From positions 352,001 through 416,000 of the forward strand of contig RDOB01000002.1 in NCBI GenBank assembly GCA_011364965.1: 64,000 bases of DNA, given 5' to 3'. Made by a program: the position numbers and the translations under genes. This DNA is from Candidatus Heimdallarchaeota archaeon (GTDB lineage: Archaea > Asgardarchaeota > Heimdallarchaeia > Hodarchaeales > Hodarchaeaceae). Under the pieces are notes generated by a model that saw only the letters and a program-made list of their open reading frames with translations, did no database searches and had not been told where the DNA came from. This document shows, in pieces, positions 17,924-28,244 of this stretch; position 1 is the stretch's first letter, and the number at the start of each line of letters is the position of its first letter.

Positions 17924-19228
17924 TCAGTCTTCTTCTTCAACGCTATTATTTTCAATTAAATAGCCTAAAGAATGTTTAATTTCTTCTAGGGGAAGATCGC
18001 GAATCGAAATTTTGGTGATACGTCCGCAAGATTTTCCGTTCCTGTGTCTATTTTCAACTTCTTGTTGTATTAATCCAAGCTTTCCAAGATCTTTGAGGTA
18101 AGACCAGATTTGAGTTTGTCTTCTAGGATGAATATTTGCTTCCTCGCAGATCCGCTGATATTCTTTCTGAACTACTGGAGTAGTGACGAAATTCCTATCT
18201 TTAGAGAGGATTTTTGCAATACTTAACAAAAGCAATTTTTGATGGATGTTTAGATCTTCAACAATTGACTTCTCCATGGGAAGAATAGAAACCATGGCTC
18301 GACGGATATGTTCTGCGGAAATTCGTGAATCAAAATCTTGATCAGCCAGTTTAGCTGCTCTCCAAAGTAGTTCGATTGCAAAACGAGCGTCTCCATTTTC
18401 TTCAGCTAAACTTGCAATGACTTCTAGTAGTTCATCATCATAAGCTGATTCTTGAAGACCTTTTTCAGCGCGAGACGAAATAATATCAAAGAGCTGATTG
18501 CGCGTGTACGGAGGGAACGTAATTATATTTTTACCCAATGATGAAGAGGTGGAATCATCCAAATAGTATCTAAAGTTAGGATCTCTAGTTATGGTTAGGA
18601 GATTGAAGCGAGATTCCTCACTTTCCTTTGAATAGCCTAAATGATGATTGTTTCTCATTGGAGGGGATTCTTCTATACGAGATAATGCATACAGAAAATC
18701 TATCCGTTCATCAGGAATTAAATAGTCAATTTCATCAAGGATTAAGAGACTAACAAGATTCTGTTCATATAATAACAAAGTAAACATCCGTAAAAGCTCT
18801 TCAACACTAAATCCTCGTAATGGGAATCCGGGGACTAGTTGTCGCAAAATTGTGGTTAAGATTAGATGAGGAGTTTTAGTCTTCCTGCAGTTTACATGAA
18901 AAAATCGAAAATTGGGTCTATTTCTTGAGTTCTCCTGCTCTTTCAAGAAATTTGACAATTGAATTGCAAATGCTCGTGACAATACTGTTTTCCCCGTCCC
19001 TACAACTCCATATAGAATCACACGTCGATTGGACGTTGTTGGATGTGTAATAATTGACCGAAAATAGTTAACAAGTTGTCTCATCTCATCTTCTCTGTGC
19101 CAGATCTGATCAGGAATATAATTTGTTGAAAAAACACTCTCCCCGCTTTGGTTATCCTCTACCATTTTGAATACAGATTGATTGTTTTTGAAAGCTTTTT
19201 GAAAGAAATTTTTTTTTGAATCAGTCAT
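17924..19228 (-). CDS. cdc6: Cdc6/Orc1 family AAA+ replication initiator
   Basis: G.GTGKT Walker A, LILDEID Walker B, FPPY, GDARFAI and a C-terminal winged helix. Confidence 0.94.
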   Translation of the reverse strand: MTDSKKNFFQKAFKNNQSVFKMVEDNQSGESVFSTNYIPDQIWHREDEMRQLVNYFRSIITHPTTSNRRVILYGVVGTGKTVLSRAFAIQLSNFLKEQENSRNRPNFRFFHVNCRKTKTPHLILTTILRQLVPGFPLRGFSVEELLRMFTLLLYEQNLVSLLILDEIDYLIPDERIDFLYALSRIEESPPMRNNHHLGYSKESEESRFNLLTITRDPNFRYYLDDSTSSSLGKNIITFPPYTRNQLFDIISSRAEKGLQESAYDDELLEVIASLAEENGDARFAIELLWRAAKLADQDFDSRISAEHIRRAMVSILPMEKSIVEDLNIHQKLLLLSIAKILSKDRNFVTTPVVQKEYQRICEEANIHPRRQTQIWSYLKDLGKLGLIQQEVENRHRNGKSCGRITKISIRDLPLEEIKHSLGYLIENNSVEEED

Positions 19229-19738
19229 TTCATGTTAATTCCATTCGTAGGTGACCCTTGCAACGCAATAAAGGATAAATAAAGCATAAACCTTTTGAGA
19301 ATAAACAGTAACTAGGGATTATATAAAAAATCACTAAAGACGGTCTTATTTAGAAATAAAAATCTACAAAGTCTAAATCGTTCTTTGAAAGTAAGCGATT
19401 TAATTCTATATTTCAATTTAATTCTAAAGAGATTGATTTACTGATAGTTCGGGGATGTTTAAGGGAGATTTAGCAAGTACCTGAAATAAATTCGTTTAAT
19501 ATTTTTAATAATGAGGACTTTAATCTCGAAATGGTTCTATTAGAAGGCGCCATATTATTTAATTCTAAATTAGGAGAAGAGTCAAAACGAAGATTTTACG
19601 AAATCAGGAATTCTTCCATCCCTACATGAAAATTCTTCCGATTCCAGCTTTTATTGATTGCAGATTTCTGAATTTTTTTAAATAAAATGAATAAATCCAT
19701 GTTATCCTCCTATTTTGTGCTAGAAAGAGGGAACCTGC

Positions 19739-20776
19739 TTGAATGATGACCCTTTACGGATTAACGAAATTATTAAGTATGCTGACGAAAAAGTTGCCAC
19801 TCTTGAACGAGATAACGGCAAAATAAGGTCTTGGAGGTCTTGGAGAAAATGGATGGTTAATCAACAAAATAGGTTCTCTCAAGGTAAAATCTCTCACTAT
19901 CAGTATTATTCACTTGCAGCAGCGTTCGCCCAATATCTTCATAGCGATTTAGCTATCTCTATTAACCCTATCGAGGAAATTCTTTCCTCCAATTATTGTT
20001 CGACTTGTTTAGACCCTATTGATGAAGATGAAGTCCGACTCAAGGTATGCAGTAATTGCAGAAGCCGTCTTTCTTTATTAGAACGTGAGCGGGTTGTTTT
20101 ACCTTCCCAAATGGGCTTTATTTTCTCTCTCTCCCTTTTTTGGTTGATTTTTTTGAATCCTAAAAAAGCATTTAATTATTTGCGATATGGATTAGCAAAT
20201 TGGATTCACGTTTTATCCCTGTTTATTGTTTCCAGTGTTCTTCTTAGCGTAACGGTATTGGAATTTGTACCTCGAATGAGCTACACTACTCAAGAGGAAA
20301 TTGAGGTATGGATGAGCGTTCAAAATACTATTGCTTGGGAAGGCGTAATAGCTTATTTTATTCTAAATATCGTTATCTTTTCGCTTTATACTTTGGTAAT
20401 TTATTTTTCTACCCGAGGTTCATCATTCTCTTATTCGCTTTCTGAAACATTGAAAATATCTAGTCTTATAATCTTACCTCGTGTTCTTCTTATGCCTCTT
20501 TATGCATTTTTCTATCAACAAACAACAAATGAAACCTATCTAATTTCTAGATATGTTTCGTTAGAGCAAGTGCAATGGCTTATCCTCAATTTAAATGATT
20601 ATATGGGAGAATATGGGGTCTTTATTGAAACTTTAGCAGGTATTCTGACCCTAATGTTGTTCTTTTTCGCGTTGTATTACACTTGGAACCTTGAGACTGA
20701 TTCATCGTTATTTCGTCTTATTCCAATGGCATGGATGTTCATTATTCTTGCCTTTGGAGTCCCTCTATATCTTTAA
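19739..20776 (+). CDS. Yip1-like multi-TM protein with an N-terminal helical region and zinc ribbon
   Basis: CSTC...CSNC; IFLNPKKAF Yip1-type motif followed by about 5 TM helices. Confidence 0.6.
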   Translation: MNDDPLRINEIIKYADEKVATLERDNGKIRSWRSWRKWMVNQQNRFSQGKISHYQYYSLAAAFAQYLHSDLAISINPIEEILSSNYCSTCLDPIDEDEVRLKVCSNCRSRLSLLERERVVLPSQMGFIFSLSLFWLIFLNPKKAFNYLRYGLANWIHVLSLFIVSSVLLSVTVLEFVPRMSYTTQEEIEVWMSVQNTIAWEGVIAYFILNIVIFSLYTLVIYFSTRGSSFSYSLSETLKISSLIILPRVLLMPLYAFFYQQTTNETYLISRYVSLEQVQWLILNLNDYMGEYGVFIETLAGILTLMLFFFALYYTWNLETDSSLFRLIPMAWMFIILAFGVPLYL

Positions 20777-21066
20777 AATTCGTTCTAGGTTTCAATATTT
20801 CAGGAAGATAAGAACAATTAAGAATTTAGTTTGAGTTCTACCCGTAAATACAAATTATTCCCTTTGAGTTTTAAAAATCAACCCTAAGGTTTATTGTATT
20901 GTAAATTAAAGCTTTTATCCGTTCAGTGGCGAAATCCAACAATTATTTTCCGAATCATCTCATTTAATAACTTGGATGCTCCATTAACAGGCTTTCTTGC
21001 GATTTAGGTCGTATAGGAGAGTTTTTGAATGAATTATAGCCATTATTCTTTTTATTGTAAATCCAT

Positions 21067-22017
21067 TTATTTTGGTTTTTGTCTTCTAAAACCCGTCCTA
21101 TTGTGATAAATATTATCTCTATGACCCTCTTTCCCTATGTAAACATCCTCACAATATAATTCCGATGGATATATTTCCATTGTCCTCTCATTCAAAAAAT
21201 TCTTAAGATTTTGAGGCAGTTCCCCTTTGATCGAGTCAAGAACTTCCTCCTGATCTATTTCAAGCCGATAGATTCGTTTAAAATAACGATTAATATTTGA
21301 AATATCTGTTTGGAGGTATTCGATTGCTCGATCTATTCTAATACGAACTGGGGTATTAATGAAGGTTTTTATGTTGAATTGCACAGATTGTGATACATCC
21401 ATTGTAATAAGCTCCTCATTCTGATTAATCATGAGATTGTGTTCACTATAATCTCCATGGATAAAATTTCCTTTAAGAAAGAGATCAGCTAAGATATCTA
21501 TTGAATCATATAGATATTCTGTAGCTTTTTCCTTTGGAAGAGGGACATCTCGAAGAAGAGGAGCAGGATCTTCCGATCCGCTGCTGGCGGGGATGAATTC
21601 CATAACAACAATATTATCCATCAAGCTGATTGGCTTGGGAACTAAGACATGTTCCCTCATTTGCATTAAATTCCAATATTCTTGTCTAGCAGCTAATGCA
21701 GCCATATCATTTGCTAGAATATGCTGAGTTCCATGTAGTCGCTTTTTTATAGTACTAGTGAAAAATCTAAATACTTTTGCACACACAAATTCATCCTTTT
21801 CATTCAAAGCAAGGATAACTGTAGCTTCTTTACCTCCTCCAATCACAGAGAGAATTTTTTTGATTTCACCTGTATCAAGTAGCTCCTTTTTAGCTTCATC
21901 AATTCTAATTTCCTTTAATTGGTGTTTTGATTGTCTTTTTTGTTTATATTCTTCCCTGCCGAAGGCATTTTTCTTGTATCTTTCAAATCCGATTGTCTGA
22001 TTATGGTCTGAACTCAT
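21067..22017 (-). CDS. RIO-family atypical Ser/Thr kinase
   Basis: GGGKEA.V, AKVF, VMEFI, HGDYSEHNL and DVSQSV motifs. Confidence 0.93.
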   Translation of the reverse strand: MSSDHNQTIGFERYKKNAFGREEYKQKRQSKHQLKEIRIDEAKKELLDTGEIKKILSVIGGGKEATVILALNEKDEFVCAKVFRFFTSTIKKRLHGTQHILANDMAALAARQEYWNLMQMREHVLVPKPISLMDNIVVMEFIPASSGSEDPAPLLRDVPLPKEKATEYLYDSIDILADLFLKGNFIHGDYSEHNLMINQNEELITMDVSQSVQFNIKTFINTPVRIRIDRAIEYLQTDISNINRYFKRIYRLEIDQEEVLDSIKGELPQNLKNFLNERTMEIYPSELYCEDVYIGKEGHRDNIYHNRTGFRRQKPK

Positions 22018-23044
22018 TTTTTACAACTCTTACCTCAAAACATAAAATTGGTCTTAGGATTAAGAATCATTTTTTCTTTGTTCATATTGATGAAGTAGAT
22101 TATTATTCGCACTCCATTGGTTGACTATTTTTTTTGCTTCTGAGATGTACTCCAAAATTTCGTGTGATTGATCTGACAGGTAATTTATATCGAAACTGGA
22201 GCTTATATTTATACTTCCAATTCTTAAATACAAACATTTCCAAATATCATCGCTTTTAATGTCATGAATAGGGCTTTTAAATTTCGATTTCACAATTCAA
22301 TTCATCCTAAACCAAGTTTTGTGTTATCATGTTAGGTTTTAATATCAATGTCAGGGGGAAGCTTGTTTAATGGACGTTACAACCATTTTTCTTGCTTTGA
22401 TCTAACTATCCTAAGTTCGAGGCTCCGCTATGGTGCTATCATCAGTGCTGCTTAAGCTTGGAGACCATGAAAGATAGACCAAAAAGTTAATCTATACCAG
22501 CAGAAAGATTGGAGAAGAATATCGTTAATGTCAAAAGTAAAATCTTCACTGAATTGTCTTGTTTGTTTCTATTTGACAATTGCAGGAGCTCGTTCACAGA
22601 TGACAAAAATCAACATTCTTATTTCATTAACTTCATATATCATCCAGACAAGTACCTCCTGTATCAGTGACATCCAAAAGAAAGCTGATTGAATTTATAT
22701 AGCTTTTGTTTTTGCTAGGAGTATGATTAATAAATCACAGATACATCGGAATGAGAGAGAGAGCTCATTGAAAATGACAAATATCTCCAGAATTTTAGAT
22801 TATAGTAAGCCAAAAGAGCTGAATAAGCAAAAACGATGAACCTGACGTTTTAAGTGTTAAACTTGAAATAATTTATGGCTGATCAATTTCTCTTCACGCT
22901 AAATATGATTAATCTTCCTGAAATAAAGTACACATCACTTTAAGGTGAAATTATTACTATCATGTCTTTAATTTACACTCTGTTCAGTTAAAAGATTCCT
23001 TAAGTTTCTATTCAATTAACATAATTACATTGGATTGATTAACT

Positions 23045-24157
23045 GTGACACCTCGTAAGAGAAAAACCACAATATCAAATGATGAAGACGAAACAAACAC
23101 TATCTCTTTAACAAATGATGATTTAACTTCACCTTCGGAGTTTAACTCAAAAACTAAAAGCTCTAGTCCCCCATCAAACGAAAAAGGCCTGAAAATCGGT
23201 GATATATCGGAACTTCCAGGTATTGGTCCAGCAACTGCAAAAAAATTGCAGGATTCTGGATTTGGGACATTAGAATCACTGGCAACGGTTAGCATTGGTG
23301 AACTAGTTGCAGTCGGAAACTTAGGAGAAGCAACATCGCGTAAAATTATTCAGGCTGCGAGAGACGCCTTAAATTTCGGCTTTATATCTGCGGATGAGGT
23401 ATTAGAACGAAGAAGAAATATGCTTAAAGTCACAACAGGTTCAACTGCACTTGATGACTTGTTTGGTGGGGGAATAGAGACTGGAGCTGTAACAGAGCTG
23501 TATGGAGAATATAGAACCGGAAAGACTCAACTTGCTCATCAGTTATGTGTAGCAGCTCAGTTACCGAGAGAATTAGGTGGGCTTAATGTTGATGGAGACG
23601 AGCCCATAAAAGTAATATACATTGACACAGAGGGAACATTCCGTCCTGAACGAATTCTCAATATGAGTAAACGGTGGGAAGGCGATCTTGATGTCAAGAA
23701 AATCCTAAAAAACATTATGCATGGTCGTGCTTATAATAGCGATCATCAAATGGTTCTAGCAGAGAAAGCTGCTCAGGATAGTCAAATTCAACGAGTTGGC
23801 CTAGTGGTTGTTGATTCACTCATCTCTCATTTCCGTGCAGAATACATTGGAAGAGGAACCCTTGCTGGGCGGCAACAGAAATTAAATCAACACATTCACA
23901 CTCTTCTTAAAATGGCTGAAGTTAGTAACTTGGCCGTCATTCTGACAAATCAGGTTCATTCGAAGCCTGATCAATTCTTTGGTGACCCTACCGCTCCTGT
24001 TGGAGGAAATATCGTAGCCCACGCGAGTCAGACGCGTGTCTACCTCCGTAAGTCAAAAGGTGAAAGAAGAATTGCTAGGATCGCTGATTCACCACTTTTG
24101 CCCGAAAATGAAACTGTTTTTGCAATTACAGGTGAAGGTATTATAGATGTAAATTAA
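23045..24157 (+). CDS. radA: DNA repair and recombination protein RadA
   Basis: N-terminal HhH (LPGIGPATA), FxxA motif FISA, GEYRTGKTQ, YIDTEGTFRPER and VDSL..HFR. Confidence 0.97.
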   Translation: MTPRKRKTTISNDEDETNTISLTNDDLTSPSEFNSKTKSSSPPSNEKGLKIGDISELPGIGPATAKKLQDSGFGTLESLATVSIGELVAVGNLGEATSRKIIQAARDALNFGFISADEVLERRRNMLKVTTGSTALDDLFGGGIETGAVTELYGEYRTGKTQLAHQLCVAAQLPRELGGLNVDGDEPIKVIYIDTEGTFRPERILNMSKRWEGDLDVKKILKNIMHGRAYNSDHQMVLAEKAAQDSQIQRVGLVVVDSLISHFRAEYIGRGTLAGRQQKLNQHIHTLLKMAEVSNLAVILTNQVHSKPDQFFGDPTAPVGGNIVAHASQTRVYLRKSKGERRIARIADSPLLPENETVFAITGEGIIDVN

Positions 24158-24234
24158 TCTCTTACCTTCATTTCTTCTCTGCTTTTCAGGCGGAGAATTA
24201 ATCAATTGTATTCAATTTTAAATTTAGTCGACTA

Positions 24235-24768
24235 ATGGCAAAACCATTTCAATCATTTATTATTACAGGAAAAAAAGGAGCAGGAAAATCTACTATTTGC
24301 AAACGAATATTTGATTACTTGCGTTCTCGATCCATATCAACTGGGGGAGTAATAACAGTTCAAAATGCGGTTAAATGGTTCTATTTACTGCCTATTGGGC
24401 TGAAGATTGAATTTGAGGCACAAGAAGGAGAGGATCATATTCCGATTGGGAGATTTAAAGTCCATAAAAAGCACATGGAGAAAACAGTTGAACATATAAA
24501 AGCCACTATTGGCAGTAATATCGTGATAATTGACGAAATCGGATTTTTGGAAATGATGGGAGAAGGCTATCATTCAATACTGAATCAAGTTCTCACACGA
24601 ACTGGAATAAATATATTCGTTGTAAAAGAGCGAATTTTAAACGATTTCATTCTTATGTTCCCTCATACGCAGAATTATTCAGTGATTCGAGTGGATAAAC
24701 AAAATTTCGAATTAAAATATAATTTCTTAAAGAATACACTTGATAATCTTATTATTTATTTCAAGTGA
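24235..24768 (+). CDS. NTPase_1 (THEP1-like) P-loop nucleoside triphosphatase
   Basis: ITGKKGAGKST, GG.IT and IIDEIGFLE motifs. Confidence 0.85.
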   Translation: MAKPFQSFIITGKKGAGKSTICKRIFDYLRSRSISTGGVITVQNAVKWFYLLPIGLKIEFEAQEGEDHIPIGRFKVHKKHMEKTVEHIKATIGSNIVIIDEIGFLEMMGEGYHSILNQVLTRTGINIFVVKERILNDFILMFPHTQNYSVIRVDKQNFELKYNFLKNTLDNLIIYFK

Positions 24769-24855
24769 TTTTGGGAATATTTAAAACGTTCATACAAGAT
24801 TCTTTGAATTTAACACTCAAGTTAATAATTTAATACCACTCTGGAGAGAAAAAAG

Positions 24856-26355
24856 TTGGTTCAAGAAAAATTTATTGGCGCGATTGATCAGGGGACTACA
24901 GGAACACGATTTATGATATTTGATAAGGACAGCAACCTTTTAGCAGCTCATTATAAGGAACATGAACAGATTTTTCCAAGACCAGGATGGGTGGAACACA
25001 ATCCGATAGAAATCTGGGAGAATACAAAATATGTTATGAAAGAGGCTCTTAAAGAAGCAAAAATGTCTCTTTTAGATATTCTAGCTATAGGAATCACTAA
25101 TCAAAGGGAAACCACGGTTATTTGGGATAAAAATACTGGTATTCCATTATTTAATGCAATAGTATGGCAATGTGTAAGAACTAGTGATATTTGTAATGAA
25201 ATAATCCAAGACGGATATAACTCTGTATTTCAAGAAAAAACTGGATTAGTTACTGCTACTTATTTCTCTGGGCCTAAAATTGCTTGGATATTGAGAAATA
25301 TACCAGGAGCTCAAGAAAAAGCTGAGAGAGGAGATCTACTTTTTGGAAATATTGATACATGGTTAATTTGGAATTTAACTGGCGGCTCTCATATCACTGA
25401 TTATTCTAACGCTTCGCGAACTATGTTGATGGATCTAAAAAGTCTTGAATGGGATTCAGAATTATGTAATTATCTCAAAATTCCCCAGTCTATGCTTCCT
25501 GAAATTCGTCCTTCAAGTGACTCTGCAGGATATGGGCATATTAAATTTGATGGGATTACTCATGGCCCTGTTATTTGTGGAGATCTCGGTGATCAACAAG
25601 CTGCCTTATTTGGTCAAACATGTTTTGATACAGGAAATGCAAAAAATACTTACGGTACAGGTAATTTCCTCCTTTTAAATACTGGAGAGAAAATTGTAAA
25701 ATCCGAATCTGGCTTACTCACGACTGTGGGTTATGGAATAGGTTCTGATGTTTCCTATGCGCTTGAAGGGAGTGTAGCTATTGGAGGAGCGGTAATTCAA
25801 TGGCTCCGAGACCAATTAAAGATTATAAGTTCTGCATCAGAGTCAGAACATTTGGCCACTTCGGTTTCAGATAATGGTGGGGTATATTTTGTCCCTGCGT
25901 TCGTTGGTCTATTTTCTCCCCATTGGGATATTTCCGCACGTGGAGCTATTGTCGGATTGACTCGTGGAAGTAATAAAGCTCATATCGCCCGTGCTGCACT
26001 TGAGTCTATTGCATTTCAATCTTACGACGTTTTCAAAGCTATGGAAAAAGATAGTGGAATCTCTCTGAAAAGTTTAAGGGTGGACGGGGGTGCTTCTAAA
26101 AATGATTTTTTAATGCAATTTCAAGCAGATTTATTAGGAATTGACTGCATTCGGCCTAAAATTGAGGAAACGACCGTTTTAGGAGCAACATATGCTGCTG
26201 GTCTGGCTGTAAATTATTGGTCAAATATAGAAGAATTGAGAAAAGGCTGGTCAATTGATAGAGTATTCTCATCCAAAATCGACGAATCCTCTAGAGCAGA
26301 TATAGTCCATTTATGGCATAAAGCAATTGGTAAATCAAAAGGATGGGTGGAATAA
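24856..26355 (+). CDS. glpK: Glycerol kinase
   Basis: DQGTTGTR, TNQRETT, GDQQAALFGQ, KNTYGTG, YALEG and RVDGG motifs. Confidence 0.97.
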   Translation: MVQEKFIGAIDQGTTGTRFMIFDKDSNLLAAHYKEHEQIFPRPGWVEHNPIEIWENTKYVMKEALKEAKMSLLDILAIGITNQRETTVIWDKNTGIPLFNAIVWQCVRTSDICNEIIQDGYNSVFQEKTGLVTATYFSGPKIAWILRNIPGAQEKAERGDLLFGNIDTWLIWNLTGGSHITDYSNASRTMLMDLKSLEWDSELCNYLKIPQSMLPEIRPSSDSAGYGHIKFDGITHGPVICGDLGDQQAALFGQTCFDTGNAKNTYGTGNFLLLNTGEKIVKSESGLLTTVGYGIGSDVSYALEGSVAIGGAVIQWLRDQLKIISSASESEHLATSVSDNGGVYFVPAFVGLFSPHWDISARGAIVGLTRGSNKAHIARAALESIAFQSYDVFKAMEKDSGISLKSLRVDGGASKNDFLMQFQADLLGIDCIRPKIEETTVLGATYAAGLAVNYWSNIEELRKGWSIDRVFSSKIDESSRADIVHLWHKAIGKSKGWVE

Positions 26356-26373
26356 AAGAGCAAAATCATCCAG

Positions 26374-27102
26374 CTACTTTTCTTCGACTAGAAATAAATG
26401 TATGGATTTTTCCATTTCAAGAATGGAATCATAGATTGCATCTGGTCTGCATTTTTCGAGAGTTGTTCGACTTGAATATCCTGTGGTGATACCAAAAGTT
26501 GTCATCCCAATAGTTTTTCCTGCTATGATATCTCCTCCCAAATCTCCAATAATAGCACACGATCTAGGATCGTCTGTTAAATCAAATTTCCTTAAAAAAT
26601 GGATAAAACCTTCCTCCTTATGTTTAGTAAATTCTCCTAATCCTATAATCATATCATTTTTAAAATATTTATCCCCTTTTAGATGATTATTCAAGAAAAT
26701 ATCTATCTTTTTTCTTGAACTCATACTCACTATAGCTATTTTTATTCCTGCTTTTTGCAATCGCTTGAGAGCGAATTCAGCGTCTTTTGTAGGTTTTGCC
26801 AGATAGAATAATTTCTTGTGATTCCTCCCAACATAGTAAACCATCTGTAAAGCTTTTACTATACTGAACCCTAACCCTCTCGTTGCCTTGAATATTGCTA
26901 GAAGAATTTTCCATTTTACATTACGTTCATCTTCTGCAGTTTTGGAGAAAATTAATTCATTAGACAATAGAATTAGGTCATTAGTATTTACACCGAGTTT
27001 TTTGGCGACTAGGTCAAAATAGTACCTATGAGTATCTACTAGTGTCCCATCAAAGTCAAATATCACAGCTTTAATTGGAATATACACTAGTTGGGGAGGC
27101 AT
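26374..27102 (-). CDS. HAD-superfamily hydrolase
   Basis: DFDGTL motif I; IGDxxxD motif IV. Confidence 0.9.
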   Translation of the reverse strand: MPPQLVYIPIKAVIFDFDGTLVDTHRYYFDLVAKKLGVNTNDLILLSNELIFSKTAEDERNVKWKILLAIFKATRGLGFSIVKALQMVYYVGRNHKKLFYLAKPTKDAEFALKRLQKAGIKIAIVSMSSRKKIDIFLNNHLKGDKYFKNDMIIGLGEFTKHKEEGFIHFLRKFDLTDDPRSCAIIGDLGGDIIAGKTIGMTTFGITTGYSSRTTLEKCRPDAIYDSILEMEKSIHLFLVEEK

Positions 27103-27280
27103 ACTTCTCGCTTCGAAAAATTTGCTTGATTTTCTTTTTCATTTTGTATATGATATCCCCCTTTTTGGCTTTCGCTTAGAACTTACTTTTTTTAAATATT
27201 CCCCGATTGGGATTAATTATCTGTTATTTATAGTATCTAAAGATATATGAAATTTAAACGGAGAATATCGAGGATTAGAT

Positions 27281-28234
27281 TTGAAATTTGACTTTAAAGA
27301 CCCATTAAAAGGCCTAGATCTCAAGCTTAAAATTTGCGACTCTCACGTTCATATTTGGGCTGTGGATGCATATCCTAAATTGGAAAAGTGGGCTGAACTA
27401 TTTGGTATAAAACGATTTTTAGGGATTGCTCAACCTGAAATTAAGAAGGGATTAGAAAAGAATGGAACTTCAGCAAACATAATTTTTGCATATTATATGC
27501 CTGTAGATGCATGGGCCCATTATGATATCCCGAAACTCCTTTCTGCAGTAGATGAAGCCATTAAATTTGGATATCCTGTTGTTAAAATGTGGTTTGGGCC
27601 AAGATTTTTAGATTTGACAAAATCAGAGAAAGAATTTTCAATCTCCTCCCCTAATTTTGATCCAGTATTTTCAAAAATTGAGGAACAGGATTTAATTGTT
27701 GACATTCACGTTGCTGATCCTGACTACTGGTATCAAACTACATATACAAATGTGAAGAAATACCGCACAAAGAAAACAGCTCTTAATGAATTCTGTTGCG
27801 TTTTAGAAAAACACCCGTCAATGAAAGCAATAAGTATTCATTTTGGAAGCCTTCCTGAAGATTTAAATTTACTTTCGAATATTTTGGAAAAGTTTCCTAA
27901 CCTTTCTATAGACACTGCCTCAACAAAATGGATGATACGGGAATTAGGTAAGAATCTTGAAGATAGTCGTGAGTTTATTCTAAATCATTCAGATCGGATA
28001 TTATTTGCGACAGATTTATCTGTAGGTTGGGGAGATCGTACTGATAATTATTATGCGTCACGGTATTGGTCACAGAGAATTTTCTGGGAAACTGATGTCA
28101 AAGGAATCGAATTACCATTCGATGATACTGACAATCCAAATCCTCCTACTTTGATAAACGGATTAAATCTACCTGTACCAATTCTTCAAAATATTTATTG
28201 GAAAAATGCTTTAGAGATTTTTAAAGAATTATAA
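27281..28234 (+). CDS. Amidohydrolase family 2 (TIM-barrel metal-dependent hydrolase)
   Basis: DSHVH, IHVADP, HFG and RILFATD motifs. Confidence 0.85.
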   Translation: MKFDFKDPLKGLDLKLKICDSHVHIWAVDAYPKLEKWAELFGIKRFLGIAQPEIKKGLEKNGTSANIIFAYYMPVDAWAHYDIPKLLSAVDEAIKFGYPVVKMWFGPRFLDLTKSEKEFSISSPNFDPVFSKIEEQDLIVDIHVADPDYWYQTTYTNVKKYRTKKTALNEFCCVLEKHPSMKAISIHFGSLPEDLNLLSNILEKFPNLSIDTASTKWMIRELGKNLEDSREFILNHSDRILFATDLSVGWGDRTDNYYASRYWSQRIFWETDVKGIELPFDDTDNPNPPTLINGLNLPVPILQNIYWKNALEIFKEL

Positions 28235-28244
28235 ACTCAATAAC

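Noticed and set aside
19229-19738. Replication origin next to cdc6 (17631-17923 also checked)
   Set aside because: AT-rich, but I found no repeated ORB-like (TCCA..GGAAA plus G-string) elements. Asgard genomes carry several cdc6 paralogs, so adjacency alone is not enough.
22060-22293. 77-aa minus-strand ORF
   Set aside because: No recognisable motif or SD; not supportable as a CDS.
22400-22480. tRNA or riboswitch suggested by GTTCGA and local GC enrichment
   Set aside because: Does not fold into a cloverleaf and does not match a riboswitch consensus I can recognise.
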